The translations under genes and the position numbers were made by a program. 41,508 nt of DNA from a virus (Duplodnaviria > Caudoviricetes): IMG/VR virus record IMGVR_UViG_3300024279_000011, positions 1-41,508 of that record; one strand, given 5' to 3'. Of this stretch, positions 1 to 7,618 are shown one piece after another. Under the pieces are notes generated by a model. The model was not told where the DNA came from. It was given only the letters and a program-made list of their open reading frames with translations, and searched no databases. Within the stretch, counting starts at the first letter, position 1. Each line of letters begins with the position of its first letter.

Positions 1-760
1 AGGGCTCAATCCACCACAGAGCGACCGAATAGGGGGGCGTCTTCTCGATCGAGATGATTGCCGGCGAATCCATCTTCTTCCCCGTGATCTGGGCCACCCC
101 GTCGTGGTAGAGGGCGAGCTGCAAGGGATAGTCGTAGTCCTCGATGACCCGCCGAAACAGGGCCTCCCCAGTCGTGCGCGTGGTCTTGAGGTCAATGACA
201 TGCAAGGCCCCGTCGACCTCGGTCACATAGTCCGGGCGGATCTTGAGATTGACCCCTGTCCCCTTATGCTGCCAGTGACCCGTCATCTCCGGCTGCCCGT
301 TCTTGAGCATGTTTCCGATCTGCTGGTGCTTGGAGACGTTCTCGAAGATCCAGAGAAGCGAGTCGTGCTCCTCCTCGGTCAGGACGACGGCGTTGGTTGG
401 GAGGTCTCCCCGCCAGGCGTCGCGTCTCTCCCGGTTCTTCGATGAGCGCATGTCGCCGAAGTCGGGCTGGATCACGTAGCGGTCCATGAAACTCTGGGGC
501 TCCAGGAGGAACAAGTGCACGGCCCGCCCGTACCGGAAGTGGTCCTCGTCCTTCTCGGCGAAATCCCCACGAGCCCACGCATGAAAGTGCTCCGGGCTCT
601 TCCTTAGCTTCCTGAGCCCCGTACTGCTCATCCTGGTCCGATCGGCGAGATACTCCTCAAAGTCGAGGCCCTCGATCAGACGGTCTTCGTGTGCCCCCCC
701 AACGGTCGGCAGAATGATCTCGCTAAATTTCTGCTTCCGGTCCGCGTTCAGATGTTCCAT
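1..760 (-). CDS. PD-(D/E)XK exonuclease, RecE/ExoVIII (DUF3799)-like; runs off the window start
   Basis: Not in the ORF track because there is no stop inside the window. Manual translation from ATG 760: MEHLNADRK...MSSTGLRKLRKSP...GRAVHLFLLEP...LKIRPDYV...VIDLKTT...YDYPLQLALYHDG...IEKTPPY. These are the characteristic motifs of this family. Confidence 0.85.
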   Translation of the reverse strand, partial: MEHLNADRKQKFSEIILPTVGGAHEDRLIEGLDFEEYLADRTRMSSTGLRKLRKSPEHFHAWARGDFAEKDEDHFRYGRAVHLFLLEPQSFMDRYVIQPDFGDMRSSKNRERRDAWRGDLPTNAVVLTEEEHDSLLWIFENVSKHQQIGNMLKNGQPEMTGHWQHKGTGVNLKIRPDYVTEVDGALHVIDLKTTRTTGEALFRRVIEDYDYPLQLALYHDGVAQITGKKMDSPAIISIEKTPPYSVALWWIEP

Positions 761-977
761 GGATCTCCTCTTCCTGTTTCTGGGCCAACCAAGTGGCGCC
801 CTCAATAAAGCCGCTCTCGAAAATGTCCTGCGCAATCTGGTGAAATAAAATATCCGTCTGAAAGTCCGGACGTTCCTTCTCCGCACGGTGGAGAATCCCC
901 AGTAGGGCGTTGTGAGCCCGGATGCGCCCCTCGCGGAGGAGTTCGATTAGGTGGGCGGTTAGGAATTTTTTACTCAT
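723..977 (-). CDS. Hypothetical phage protein (84 aa)
   Basis: Tightly packed in the minus-strand operon and overlaps both neighbours. Confidence 0.65.
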   Translation of the reverse strand: MSKKFLTAHLIELLREGRIRAHNALLGILHRAEKERPDFQTDILFHQIAQDIFESGFIEGATWLAQKQEEEIHGTSERGPEAEI

Positions 978-1237
978 ACGAGCCTCAGGGGGTTAAAGGT
1001 ATTCCGGTCTTCTCTCTCGTGGTCTATGACGGACGATCTTCCGCTCTGTATCGCCCAAAGTAAGTGTATGGCCTGGAGAAGATCGCTACAATACATGAGG
1101 GGCCAGTCCTCCTTGCCACATGATCGACACATAATAACTAGGCTTATCCCGTTTTTATCTCCAATTTTCTCTAGCTTAAAACTCTGAATCTCAACGACGT
1201 CGCCATCACATCCGTAAGCACAAAACGGTCTGATCAT
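974..1237 (-). CDS. Small Cys-rich (zinc-finger-like) hypothetical protein
   Basis: Start moved from 1333 to ATG 1237, which follows an AAGGAGG RBS. Contains CAYGC and CRSC motifs. Confidence 0.65.
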   Translation of the reverse strand: MIRPFCAYGCDGDVVEIQSFKLEKIGDKNGISLVIMCRSCGKEDWPLMYCSDLLQAIHLLWAIQSGRSSVIDHEREDRNTFNPLRLV

Positions 1238-1238
1238 T

Positions 1239-2501
1239 CTAGTCCTCCTTGTAGGGCCGAACAAATTCGGTCGGATTATAATTCTTCGCGGGTGATGACG
1301 ACAGGGGTTTTGGTCGCCCTCCCAAATTTTCAATCTCGTCGAACGCCTCGGTGATATTGGCCTGCTTCGTATCGTAGTTAAGCCAAACTCCCTGGCCCTT
1401 TTTAGCGTGACGGCTCTTGATCGAATTGTGGACTATGGGCCTTCCATCTCTCATCTCGAACTTTAAGATCGAATGGGCGGGGAACTGTGATCGATGGCTC
1501 GATGAGATTGTTCCCTCCCGATTTACTTGGGCCATTACGACTACATGAATCTCGAGTTTCTTGGCAAAGTCCTCTAGCGCCTTGATCGCCCTTTGAACCC
1601 CCATCCACTCTGGGGTACTAGAGTCATAATCCAAAAGGATCTTCTGGTCGTAATCGACGAATACGAGTCCCAGATGTTCATCTTTGCATTTTTTAATCTG
1701 GATGAAGTTTCTAATCTCCGCCAGTGTTAATTCTTCTCCCCTCGTTAGGCTAATATCGAATTTGGGAAGCGCAATATCGCGGGACCTGATCTCACCGCGA
1801 AGAATGTCCCCCCATGGTTTCTCCGTCTGGGCGGCATAGTAACGGGTCACGATGTCCTCATCGCCCATCTCCAAGTTAAAATAAATAACGCTCATGGTGT
1901 GCTGGGCCGCCACGGCGAGATTCATCGCTAGATTGGTTTTACCGAAACCGGAGTCCGCGAGAAGAAGCGTTAGCCTCTTGGGATTAAACCCACCGATAAG
2001 TTGGCTGGTCTTTTCGAATCCGCGCAAGAGGATCCATGGACCTTTCGATTGGCGCTCAACTTGGACCAGATCAAAGGCGACAGGTATTTCTTCCTTGCTG
2101 AGTGCCATGTTATTCAACCTGGGTTCCTCGAGAAGAAATCCCTGAAACTCCTCCTCGGCGCACTGAGGGTTGTTTGTCACCCGCCGACAGATTGCAACGG
2201 CTTCAGACTGGCGTTTAAGGTTTCGGTACCGCGCTCTCAGCGAATCCGGGTCATGTGGTATCGCGCTGAGCGGTTCGTTGTCCGCTGTGAGTTGAGCGAA
2301 ACGAAGTTCGTCCCCGACCTGTCGAATGGCGGTATCGTGTGACCCCCCCTCATCGCGAACCCGATTATACGCCCCCAAGAAATCTCCTAGGACTCCGGTC
2401 GGGTCGATTCCGGCCGCCTGGACGGTAATTAAAAAATCCGGGTCGCTGGCGATGATCAGGGCGAGTTTCGCCAAGAAGTTCTCAAGCGGGTGGTACTTCA
2501 T
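1239..2501 (-). CDS. dnaB: DnaB-like replicative helicase
   Basis: Walker A ADSGFGKT, FNLEM, Walker B VFVDYDQ and MAQVNR motifs. Lies directly downstream of the initiator gene. Confidence 0.9.
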   Translation of the reverse strand: MKYHPLENFLAKLALIIASDPDFLITVQAAGIDPTGVLGDFLGAYNRVRDEGGSHDTAIRQVGDELRFAQLTADNEPLSAIPHDPDSLRARYRNLKRQSEAVAICRRVTNNPQCAEEEFQGFLLEEPRLNNMALSKEEIPVAFDLVQVERQSKGPWILLRGFEKTSQLIGGFNPKRLTLLLADSGFGKTNLAMNLAVAAQHTMSVIYFNLEMGDEDIVTRYYAAQTEKPWGDILRGEIRSRDIALPKFDISLTRGEELTLAEIRNFIQIKKCKDEHLGLVFVDYDQKILLDYDSSTPEWMGVQRAIKALEDFAKKLEIHVVVMAQVNREGTISSSHRSQFPAHSILKFEMRDGRPIVHNSIKSRHAKKGQGVWLNYDTKQANITEAFDEIENLGGRPKPLSSSPAKNYNPTEFVRPYKED

Positions 2502-3475
2502 AGCCCCAGGATTCCTTTCACGCTGGCCTCTCGGTAGTTGGGAAGTTTACCCTCCGCATCCCACTGGGCGGCGGCGGTGGCAATGAGTTCCATCTGCTCG
2601 AGAATTTTTTCCTTCGGCTGTCTCTCCGCAAAGGTTCGGAGTTTCTGTTCCATCCCATGTTGAAGGGTCTTACCCCCAATAACGCTCTTTACGAATTTAC
2701 AGAGCCCTTCGGCATCGGCGAGTTTCTCGGGGTCCTTAGGGACTCCCGTCTGCCCCGTCTCCAGGAAGGCGGTAATTGAATTCAGGCTGTTCATGAGAGT
2801 CGGGATATCGTGCCTCTTCGTCTTGAACCAGGAATCCTCCATGGCAAAGTACGCCCGGACCATCTCCAGGGCTCGATCTTGACCCTGACTCATTACCAGC
2901 TCCTTGATCCGCTTGGCGTGTTGAGGAAGAACGGGGGGACTCTTCTGGACCCCGTACTTGATTTTCCATCCATCGCAGTAGGCCGCGATGACTGGCTTGG
3001 TCGAATCCGCCGACTTGTCGGCTCTCTCCGAAGGAGTCTTAGTACTAGAGCCTGAGTTTGAGGAAGAGGAAGAGGAAGAGGAAGAGGAAGAGGAAGAGGC
3101 TTCGGTTTGCTTGCTTTTGCTTCGGTCCAGCTTCGGGTTATTTTGCTTAAGGTGCTTCGTTTTTGCTTCGGACTTGCTTCGGCCACCCTTCCGACCCGCC
3201 GCCCGCTTCTTTTCAAGCCACGCGAAGTGTTTTTCCGATCCCGCGACAATGACCTGGTCCCCTTCAATACGGGCGAATTCCGGCATAAGCCTTCGATCGA
3301 ACCTCGCATCGAACTCAGCGACCGTTATGGGTCGATCTTCCTGAAACCTTTCCTGAGCTAACTTGATCAATTTTAGGGCTTGACCCGTCGCCTTATCTGA
3401 GTCGCCCATACGGGCCGCCACGTCGATCAAGTCGATCCAAAACTTATCCTCAAGATTAATCCTCGCCACGGTCAT
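2498..3475 (-). CDS. Phage replication initiator (lambda O-like organisation) with poly-Ser linker
   Basis: Upstream of DnaB. Contains AGRKGG, a basic low-complexity region, poly-Ser and internal iteron-like repeats. Start ATG 3475 overlaps the HNH stop (ATGA) after a GAGGGGAG RBS. Confidence 0.75.
   Translation of the reverse strand: MTVARINLEDKFWIDLIDVAARMGDSDKATGQALKLIKLAQERFQEDRPITVAEFDARFDRRLMPEFARIEGDQVIVAGSEKHFAWLEKKRAAGRKGGRSKSEAKTKHLKQNNPKLDRSKSKQTEASSSSSSSSSSSSSNSGSSTKTPSERADKSADSTKPVIAAYCDGWKIKYGVQKSPPVLPQHAKRIKELVMSQGQDRALEMVRAYFAMEDSWFKTKRHDIPTLMNSLNSITAFLETGQTGVPKDPEKLADAEGLCKFVKSVIGGKTLQHGMEQKLRTFAERQPKEKILEQMELIATAAAQWDAEGKLPNYREASVKGILGL
3060..3099. repeat. (GAGGAA)6 tandem repeat encoding the poly-Ser linker
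   Basis: Six perfect hexamers at 3060-3095 plus a partial seventh. Confidence 0.95.
3099..3182. promoter_or_regulatory. Putative replication origin (iterons) inside the initiator gene
   Basis: GCTTCG(G) at 3099, 3119, 3130, 3154, 3165 and 3176 (spacings 20, 11, 24, 11, 11), plus further TGCTT half-copies. This is the same position as lambda ori within gene O. Confidence 0.65.
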
Positions 3476-4056
3476 TCTCCCCTCATCGCTGTGTTGTAGA
3501 TGTTCACATGTCGCCAAGATTTTCCCTTTAGCACATCGCTAATGGTCGCCTTATGGACTCCGAAAATTTCGCCGATCTCTCGCATTAGCAATCCATCCAT
3601 TCGCAAACGATGGACCTTTGGAATATCTTCCTCTTTGAGCTTGGCGTTGTGATGTGCTGATCCGGTTTTATTGTTCAATCCCAATCGAAACGCATGCCGA
3701 TTATTATGGAGATGGTTTGATGGTTCCAGATTAGAAACGAAGTTATTGGTCTTATCCCCATCAATATGATTGACCATCTGATCTGGACGAATAATCCCAA
3801 AAGTAAGCGCCACAAGGCGATGCACAGATTGTCGACTAGGCCCATTATGGCCATATAGCGTGACCCCGCGATACCCCTGAAAATTAATTAATTTAAGAAA
3901 TTTTGTTTGGAACTTTTTTTGAACCCAACCATGGGCATATTTTTGGCGGACTGTTCTGGCTAGGGTTTTGACGCGCCCACGATTAGAAACCTCATACCAA
4001 GATTCATATCCCGCGACTGGGCGCCAGATTTCTTCCAAAAAACCCCCGAGTTGCAC
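3472..4056 (-). CDS. NUMOD4-HNH homing endonuclease with C-terminal HTH
   Basis: NUMOD4 motif EIWRPVAGYESWYEVSNRGRVK; VHRLVA...VNHIDGDKTNNFVSNLE; C-terminal EIGEIFGVHKATIS. DNA is more AT-rich than the flanks. Confidence 0.92.
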   Translation of the reverse strand: MQLGGFLEEIWRPVAGYESWYEVSNRGRVKTLARTVRQKYAHGWVQKKFQTKFLKLINFQGYRGVTLYGHNGPSRQSVHRLVALTFGIIRPDQMVNHIDGDKTNNFVSNLEPSNHLHNNRHAFRLGLNNKTGSAHHNAKLKEEDIPKVHRLRMDGLLMREIGEIFGVHKATISDVLKGKSWRHVNIYNTAMRGE

Positions 4057-4129
4057 GACAAAAGGCCATCCATGACCGGATTTCTCTCGACAACTTTTGA
4101 GGGATTAAGTATTACCGCTTTGAAGGCGG

Positions 4130-4281
4130 TTGTACTTTGCCCCAATCAAAGTCGCCGCTGCTCCAATTGGCCCTACCCAGGTCAATGGAGCTAGAGTCTC
4201 TGGGCGCCCTACTAAGACCCGCCCGAAACTCGAATCCCAGGCCTACCTCAACATATCTGAGCTGTCGACAAAGATTTACAA
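4130..4281 (-). ncRNA. Candidate structured leader/RNA upstream of the HNH-replication operon
   Basis: Minus-strand helices GAGTTTCGGGCG/CGCCCAGAGACTC, GCTCCA/TGGAGC and CTCAG/TTGAG, a closing stem TTGTA..CTTTG/CAAAG.TACAA, and three GTAGG motifs. Confidence 0.35.
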
Positions 4282-4298
4282 AAGCCCCGTCGCGGGGC
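4279..4298 (-). terminator. Intrinsic terminator-like hairpin
   Basis: Minus strand reads GCCCCG-CGA-CGGGGC-TTTTGT. Confidence 0.55.
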
Positions 4299-4325
4299 GC
4301 CGTCCCTTCGATTGTGCGGAGTCAC

Positions 4326-4367
4326 AAAAAGAAAAACCCGGTCGACTTCCATCGGAACCGGGCTTTT
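4326..4367 (-). terminator. Intrinsic terminator downstream of the methyltransferase
   Basis: Minus strand reads AAAAGCCCGGT-TC-CGAT-GGAA-GTCG-ACCGGG-TTTTTCTTTTT. Confidence 0.75.
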
Positions 4368-4377
4368 AATCGACCTC

Positions 4378-4760
4378 ACGACAAGACGATTGGCCCTAAG
4401 ATCTCAAAAAATCCAAAGCCAATCAAGTCGTAAAAAGTGCCAGTGAGGGGTTGCATCGTAATCCCACCAAATAGCCCAATGACTGGTGCAGGGGCTTTGG
4501 CCAAACGGTGCGGGGTGCTCATGCTCCTGGGGGGGGTTGAAAGCATCGGGCATGCCTGAGCCCTAAATCCAGGACGGCGAGCAAGCAAATAGCCCAAGTC
4601 GCCGAAGGACCGAGAGCCAAATGGCAATGGATTGCCTTAGTCCGAGGGGAAGCCTGCCTACACAGGTGCTCTTGCGAGGGAAGATCAGATAAGGGCTTCA
4701 ATAACCCAACCGCTGACCTAGGACGGGATGCTATGTCCGAAAGGGTTGAAAGGTTCGGAT
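4378..4760 (+). ncRNA. Candidate large multi-branched non-coding RNA (~330-380 nt); strand provisional
   Basis: No credible ORF. At least 7 nested helices, many with G-U pairs on the plus strand, and a repeated 12-mer CAAATAGCCCAA. Possible promoter TCGACT-N17-TTTAAT at 4342-4370 with upstream A-tracts. Confidence 0.5.
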
Positions 4761-6083
4761 TCAGGGACCGGAAATCTTCTTGGCCTCCAGGCCTGTAAAT
4801 TTCTCCCACCTGTCGATGATCACGGAGCAGTAATGCGGATCGATCTCAGACATGAGACAGCGGCGGCCAGTTTTCTCGCAGGCGATGAGGGTTGAGCCGG
4901 AGCCGCCGAAGAGATCGACCACGAGATCCTTTTCCTTGGATGAATTGCCAATCAGATATTCCAGAATGTCCACTGGCTTGGTGGTTGGATGAAGATCCGA
5001 ACGATGGGGCTTGTCGAATTGAAGTAGAGAGCTTTGGCTACGATCGGCGTACCAATTATGGGTTCCCTTCTTCTTCCAGCCATAGAGCACAGGTTCATGC
5101 TGATAGTGATAATCGCAGCGCCCGAACACGAAGTTCTGCTTCTGCCAAATAAGGGAATGTTTGAGCTGCCACTTGGACTGGTGTATCGCTTGCATCATCA
5201 TCATCATCATCAGTTCCCCACCCTGAGGACTGAACACATAATAGCTGGCCTCGTCGGTAAAGTGATCTGCATGGGAAAAAAGATGGCCCCAAAGTGCCGC
5301 CATTTCTTCGACGGTTCCGGTATCGTTTGCGATGGTCTTGCCGATGTTGTTCTTCACCATGCCGCCGTGAACGGCGGCATTCTTCTCAATATATGAGACG
5401 CCATAGGGAGGATCGGTCAGAAGGAGATCCGCCTTCTCGCTATTCATCAGCGTCGCCACCTGCTCTTTTGAAGTCGAATCCCCGCATAGCAATTTATGGC
5501 TTCCAAGTTGCCAAATCTCCCCCGGCTTCACGAATGGCTCTTTGATCTCCGGGACCTCGTCATCCCCGATCTTACCCACCACTCGCGTGTGCCCAGTGAC
5601 GTCGATTTCGGTGCCCGAGAGATTGGAGAGGACGCCAGAGAGCTTCCTTAGGTCGATCTCGGGGAACTCGAAGTTGAGGCCAACCTGGTGGGGGTCGAGC
5701 TTCACGTCGAAGAGGAAGTGGGCGAGGCCTGATTCCGTGATGTGACCGTATTGGCTTGCGGCTTGAAGGACTCGTCGTTTGGCGTCCTTGAAGGAGGGGG
5801 CCTCCACTGGGACATAGGGGATCTCGCCAATCTGGAAGCCCATTTCGCCGACCATCCGGCGCACGGTGTGCAATCTTTGGTGGCCATCGCAGGTATAGAG
5901 TTTGTTGTCTTCGGGGTTGGTCCACATGTGGGGGGCGAAGGCAAAGCCCGTGTCCTCGATCTCCTTGGCGAGCTTTGAGAAATTGACCTCAGTGAGCTCC
6001 TTGAGGTCGCCCTGGAATTCATTGAAGGCATCCAGGGGCGCGGTAAAGCCCGTCTTGCAGGCGATATGGATCGTCTTATTCAT
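4761..6083 (-). CDS. ParB-like N-terminal domain fused to an N6-adenine/N4-cytosine DNA methyltransferase (beta class)
   Basis: N-terminal DGHQRL ParB-like motif; LLCGDST, TDPPY catalytic motif, HPTTKPV and DLFGGSGST SAM-binding motif. Start ATG 6083 is 6 nt after an AAGGGAG RBS. Confidence 0.92.
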   Translation of the reverse strand: MNKTIHIACKTGFTAPLDAFNEFQGDLKELTEVNFSKLAKEIEDTGFAFAPHMWTNPEDNKLYTCDGHQRLHTVRRMVGEMGFQIGEIPYVPVEAPSFKDAKRRVLQAASQYGHITESGLAHFLFDVKLDPHQVGLNFEFPEIDLRKLSGVLSNLSGTEIDVTGHTRVVGKIGDDEVPEIKEPFVKPGEIWQLGSHKLLCGDSTSKEQVATLMNSEKADLLLTDPPYGVSYIEKNAAVHGGMVKNNIGKTIANDTGTVEEMAALWGHLFSHADHFTDEASYYVFSPQGGELMMMMMMQAIHQSKWQLKHSLIWQKQNFVFGRCDYHYQHEPVLYGWKKKGTHNWYADRSQSSLLQFDKPHRSDLHPTTKPVDILEYLIGNSSKEKDLVVDLFGGSGSTLIACEKTGRRCLMSEIDPHYCSVIIDRWEKFTGLEAKKISGP

Positions 6084-6109
6084 GGACATCTCCCTTGATT
6101 TGTGGAAAA

Positions 6110-6138
6110 AGCCTAACCCCGTGAAATCAGCCTGGCAA
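6110..6138 (-). promoter_or_regulatory. Sigma70-type promoter for the methyltransferase
   Basis: TTGCCA-N17-TAGGCT on the minus strand, ~25 nt upstream of the start codon. Confidence 0.55.
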
Positions 6139-6175
6139 GGGCGTCCCGAATTGAATTGGCCCAATATGGGTTATG

Positions 6176-6218
6176 TAAAATTTATATATTTTAATATATA
6201 TCGGCCTGGCGGTATAAT
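6176..6218 (+). promoter_or_regulatory. Rightward promoter with AT-rich palindromic putative operator
   Basis: Perfect TATAAT at 6213-6218, weak -35 (TTTAAT, N17), and an imperfect palindrome TAAAAT-TTATAT-ATTTTA in the divergent intergenic gap. Confidence 0.5.
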
Positions 6219-6239
6219 GGGAAATAAGAGGTCGAACTG

Positions 6240-6650
6240 ATGAAATCCAAGCAACTGAAAAGTAAAGCCTATAAGGCATTTAGGGCGGCTCTAAAGACGG
6301 GCGAGATATCCAGGAAGCCTTGCGAAATTTGCGGCTCACCCAAGTCTCAGGGCCATCACGAAGACTATTCTAAGCCCCTAGATGTCAGGTGGCTTTGTGC
6401 TCTACATCATGTAGAAGCCCATGGAAGAGCGGCAAAATCCCGTATTGTTCCTGAAAAAACAGGGACATTGGCAGATTACTTTCCAAGGAAAGTACCGTTA
6501 AGCCTTGTTCAAGCCCAGATTCCGACTGAAGTCAGAGATAAGATCAAAGGCTTTATCGACTCTCATAACCTTACATGGAACCACTTTGTTCACCGACTAT
6601 TTTTGTATTTTATCGAAAATCGGGAGGAGGAATTAGATGGACCAAAATAA
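6240..6650 (+). CDS. HNH-like zinc-binding domain plus a C-terminal putative ribbon-helix-helix domain
   Basis: CEICG...GHHEDYSKPLDVRWLCALHH, followed by LVQAQIPTEVRDKIKGFIDSHNLTWNHFVHRLF (CopG/Arc-like pattern). Confidence 0.6.
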   Translation: MKSKQLKSKAYKAFRAALKTGEISRKPCEICGSPKSQGHHEDYSKPLDVRWLCALHHVEAHGRAAKSRIVPEKTGTLADYFPRKVPLSLVQAQIPTEVRDKIKGFIDSHNLTWNHFVHRLFLYFIENREEELDGPK

Positions 6651-6882
6651 TTCAGGAACCCCAAAGGACCTCCGTGAAGCAGTAAAACGCGCCCTCCCCA
6701 ATCTTGATGATGCAGCGGTTGAGGGTGTCCTCAATGCGATCTACGACCGCCTGGCGCAGGACTTCGGGATTGCGCAGCTGATGGCCGGCGAGTCGGACGA
6801 GGCCCATAATGCGATCCGTGGACTGTGGCTTAAGATTTTTAAGAGGGAGGAGCAATGGCCAAGTCGCTTAGTGAGGATCTAA
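6637..6882 (+). CDS. Hypothetical phage protein
   Basis: GGAGGAGG RBS; overlaps the previous gene. Confidence 0.7.
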   Translation: MDQNNSGTPKDLREAVKRALPNLDDAAVEGVLNAIYDRLAQDFGIAQLMAGESDEAHNAIRGLWLKIFKREEQWPSRLVRI

Positions 6883-6895
6883 AGAGGGGGAAGTC

Positions 6896-7111
6896 GTGAC
6901 CATCAATCTGGGATCGGTCGAGATTGATAAAGAAACCTGGGCGCGATGTAAAGCCCATGGCTATACCAGGGACGACATCAGAAGCGTGATCGTTCAAAAT
7001 GGCGAGGAAAGTCTGATGAGCGCACTGGACTCCACAATGTTTTGTGAGAAGTGTGGGGCGGTAGCCACCAATGGCGGCGACTCTTGCGATCACAAGTGGG
7101 TGCAGAAATGA
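6896..7111 (+). CDS. Hypothetical protein with C-terminal CxxC...CxH zinc motif
   Basis: GAGGGGG RBS before GTG; CEKCG...CDH. Confidence 0.65.
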   Translation: MTINLGSVEIDKETWARCKAHGYTRDDIRSVIVQNGEESLMSALDSTMFCEKCGAVATNGGDSCDHKWVQK

Positions 7112-7323
7112 CCAAGATGGAGCAAGTCCGCCTGAAGGCCCTGGCCAAGCGGTGGTGTCGCGAGCACGACCGACTTCAAAGACAATGGAAAAAAGAATGG
7201 GCCAAGTCCGGGACGGAGCTGAAGGTTTGGGCTAAATGCTATGAGTTGGCCGGAATGGCCCAAGGACTTTCACTGGCCGCGGGTTCTCTTTTGACCCTGC
7301 TGCGGAAGTTGGAGGAAAAATGA
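7108..7323 (+). CDS. Hypothetical phage protein
   Basis: ATGA coupling with the previous stop suggests the start is 7108 (MTKMEQ). Confidence 0.6.
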   Translation: MTKMEQVRLKALAKRWCREHDRLQRQWKKEWAKSGTELKVWAKCYELAGMAQGLSLAAGSLLTLLRKLEEK

Positions 7324-7427
7324 TACCACTCTGGATCAGATGCGTGGAAGCCATGGCGGTCATTGCAGTCGCCGTTGAAGCCTGGGACGCGCTGGAATTC
7401 TTGGATTTACTGAGGAGGGTTCTGTGA
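7320..7427 (+). CDS. Small hydrophobic protein (35 aa), not in the ORF track
   Basis: MIPLWIRCVEAMAVIAVAVEAWDALEFLDLLRRVL. GGAGG RBS; ATGA overlap at the start and GTGA overlap at the end. Confidence 0.6.
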   Translation: MIPLWIRCVEAMAVIAVAVEAWDALEFLDLLRRVL

Positions 7428-7618
7428 AACCCATTGGACCACAATACCTAGGGGACGGGGTTTACGCAGAGTTCGACGGGTTTCAGGTTAAGCTCACCTG
7501 CGACTGCATGTCAGAGCCCAATGCGATCTTCCTCGAGGACCGAGTAATGTTGACGCTCATCCGGCTTATGGAGGCGTGGTGGGAACGGAGAATCAAGATT
7601 GAGGGGGTCGAGAGATGA
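7424..7618 (+). CDS. Conserved small phage protein (YLGDGVY motif)
   Basis: YLGDGVYAEFDG motif recurs in phage hypothetical proteins; translationally coupled. Confidence 0.7.
   Translation: MKPIGPQYLGDGVYAEFDGFQVKLTCDCMSEPNAIFLEDRVMLTLIRLMEAWWERRIKIEGVER

Noticed and set aside
150-200. Possible frameshift/pseudogene in the RecE-like exonuclease (absent from the ORF track)
   Set aside because: Codon-by-codon reading shows a continuous frame from 760 to the window edge. It is missing from the track only because its stop lies outside the window.
4225-4245. tRNA suggested by TCGAATCCC
   Set aside because: No pairing T-stem or cloverleaf with correct arm lengths. No tRNA gene was recognised elsewhere either.
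4529-4536. G8 homopolymer as a phase-variation tract
   Set aside because: It is not inside a credible ORF or promoter spacer and is better explained as part of a helix in the candidate RNA.
3472-4760. Group I intron carrying the HNH endonuclease
   Set aside because: Only a partial R-like string (CAGAGACT) is present, with no matching S element. The flanking genes are intact rather than interrupted, and the HNH is translationally coupled to the initiator gene.
4130-4760. CRISPR mini-array or hammerhead ribozyme
   Set aside because: The repeats are only 5-12 nt and irregularly spaced, there are no cas genes, and there is no CTGATGA...GAAA core.
5034-5396. ORF with a natural His6 run; also the poly-Glu ORF 2988..3344 and the Pro-rich ORF 11490..11849
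   Set aside because: These are antisense read-outs of the (ATG)6, poly-Ser and Gly-rich tracts of real minus-strand genes.
4761-6083. Restriction-modification system or plasmid-prophage partition system
   Set aside because: No cognate restriction enzyme and no ParA. ParB-like/MTase fusions are common orphan phage genes.
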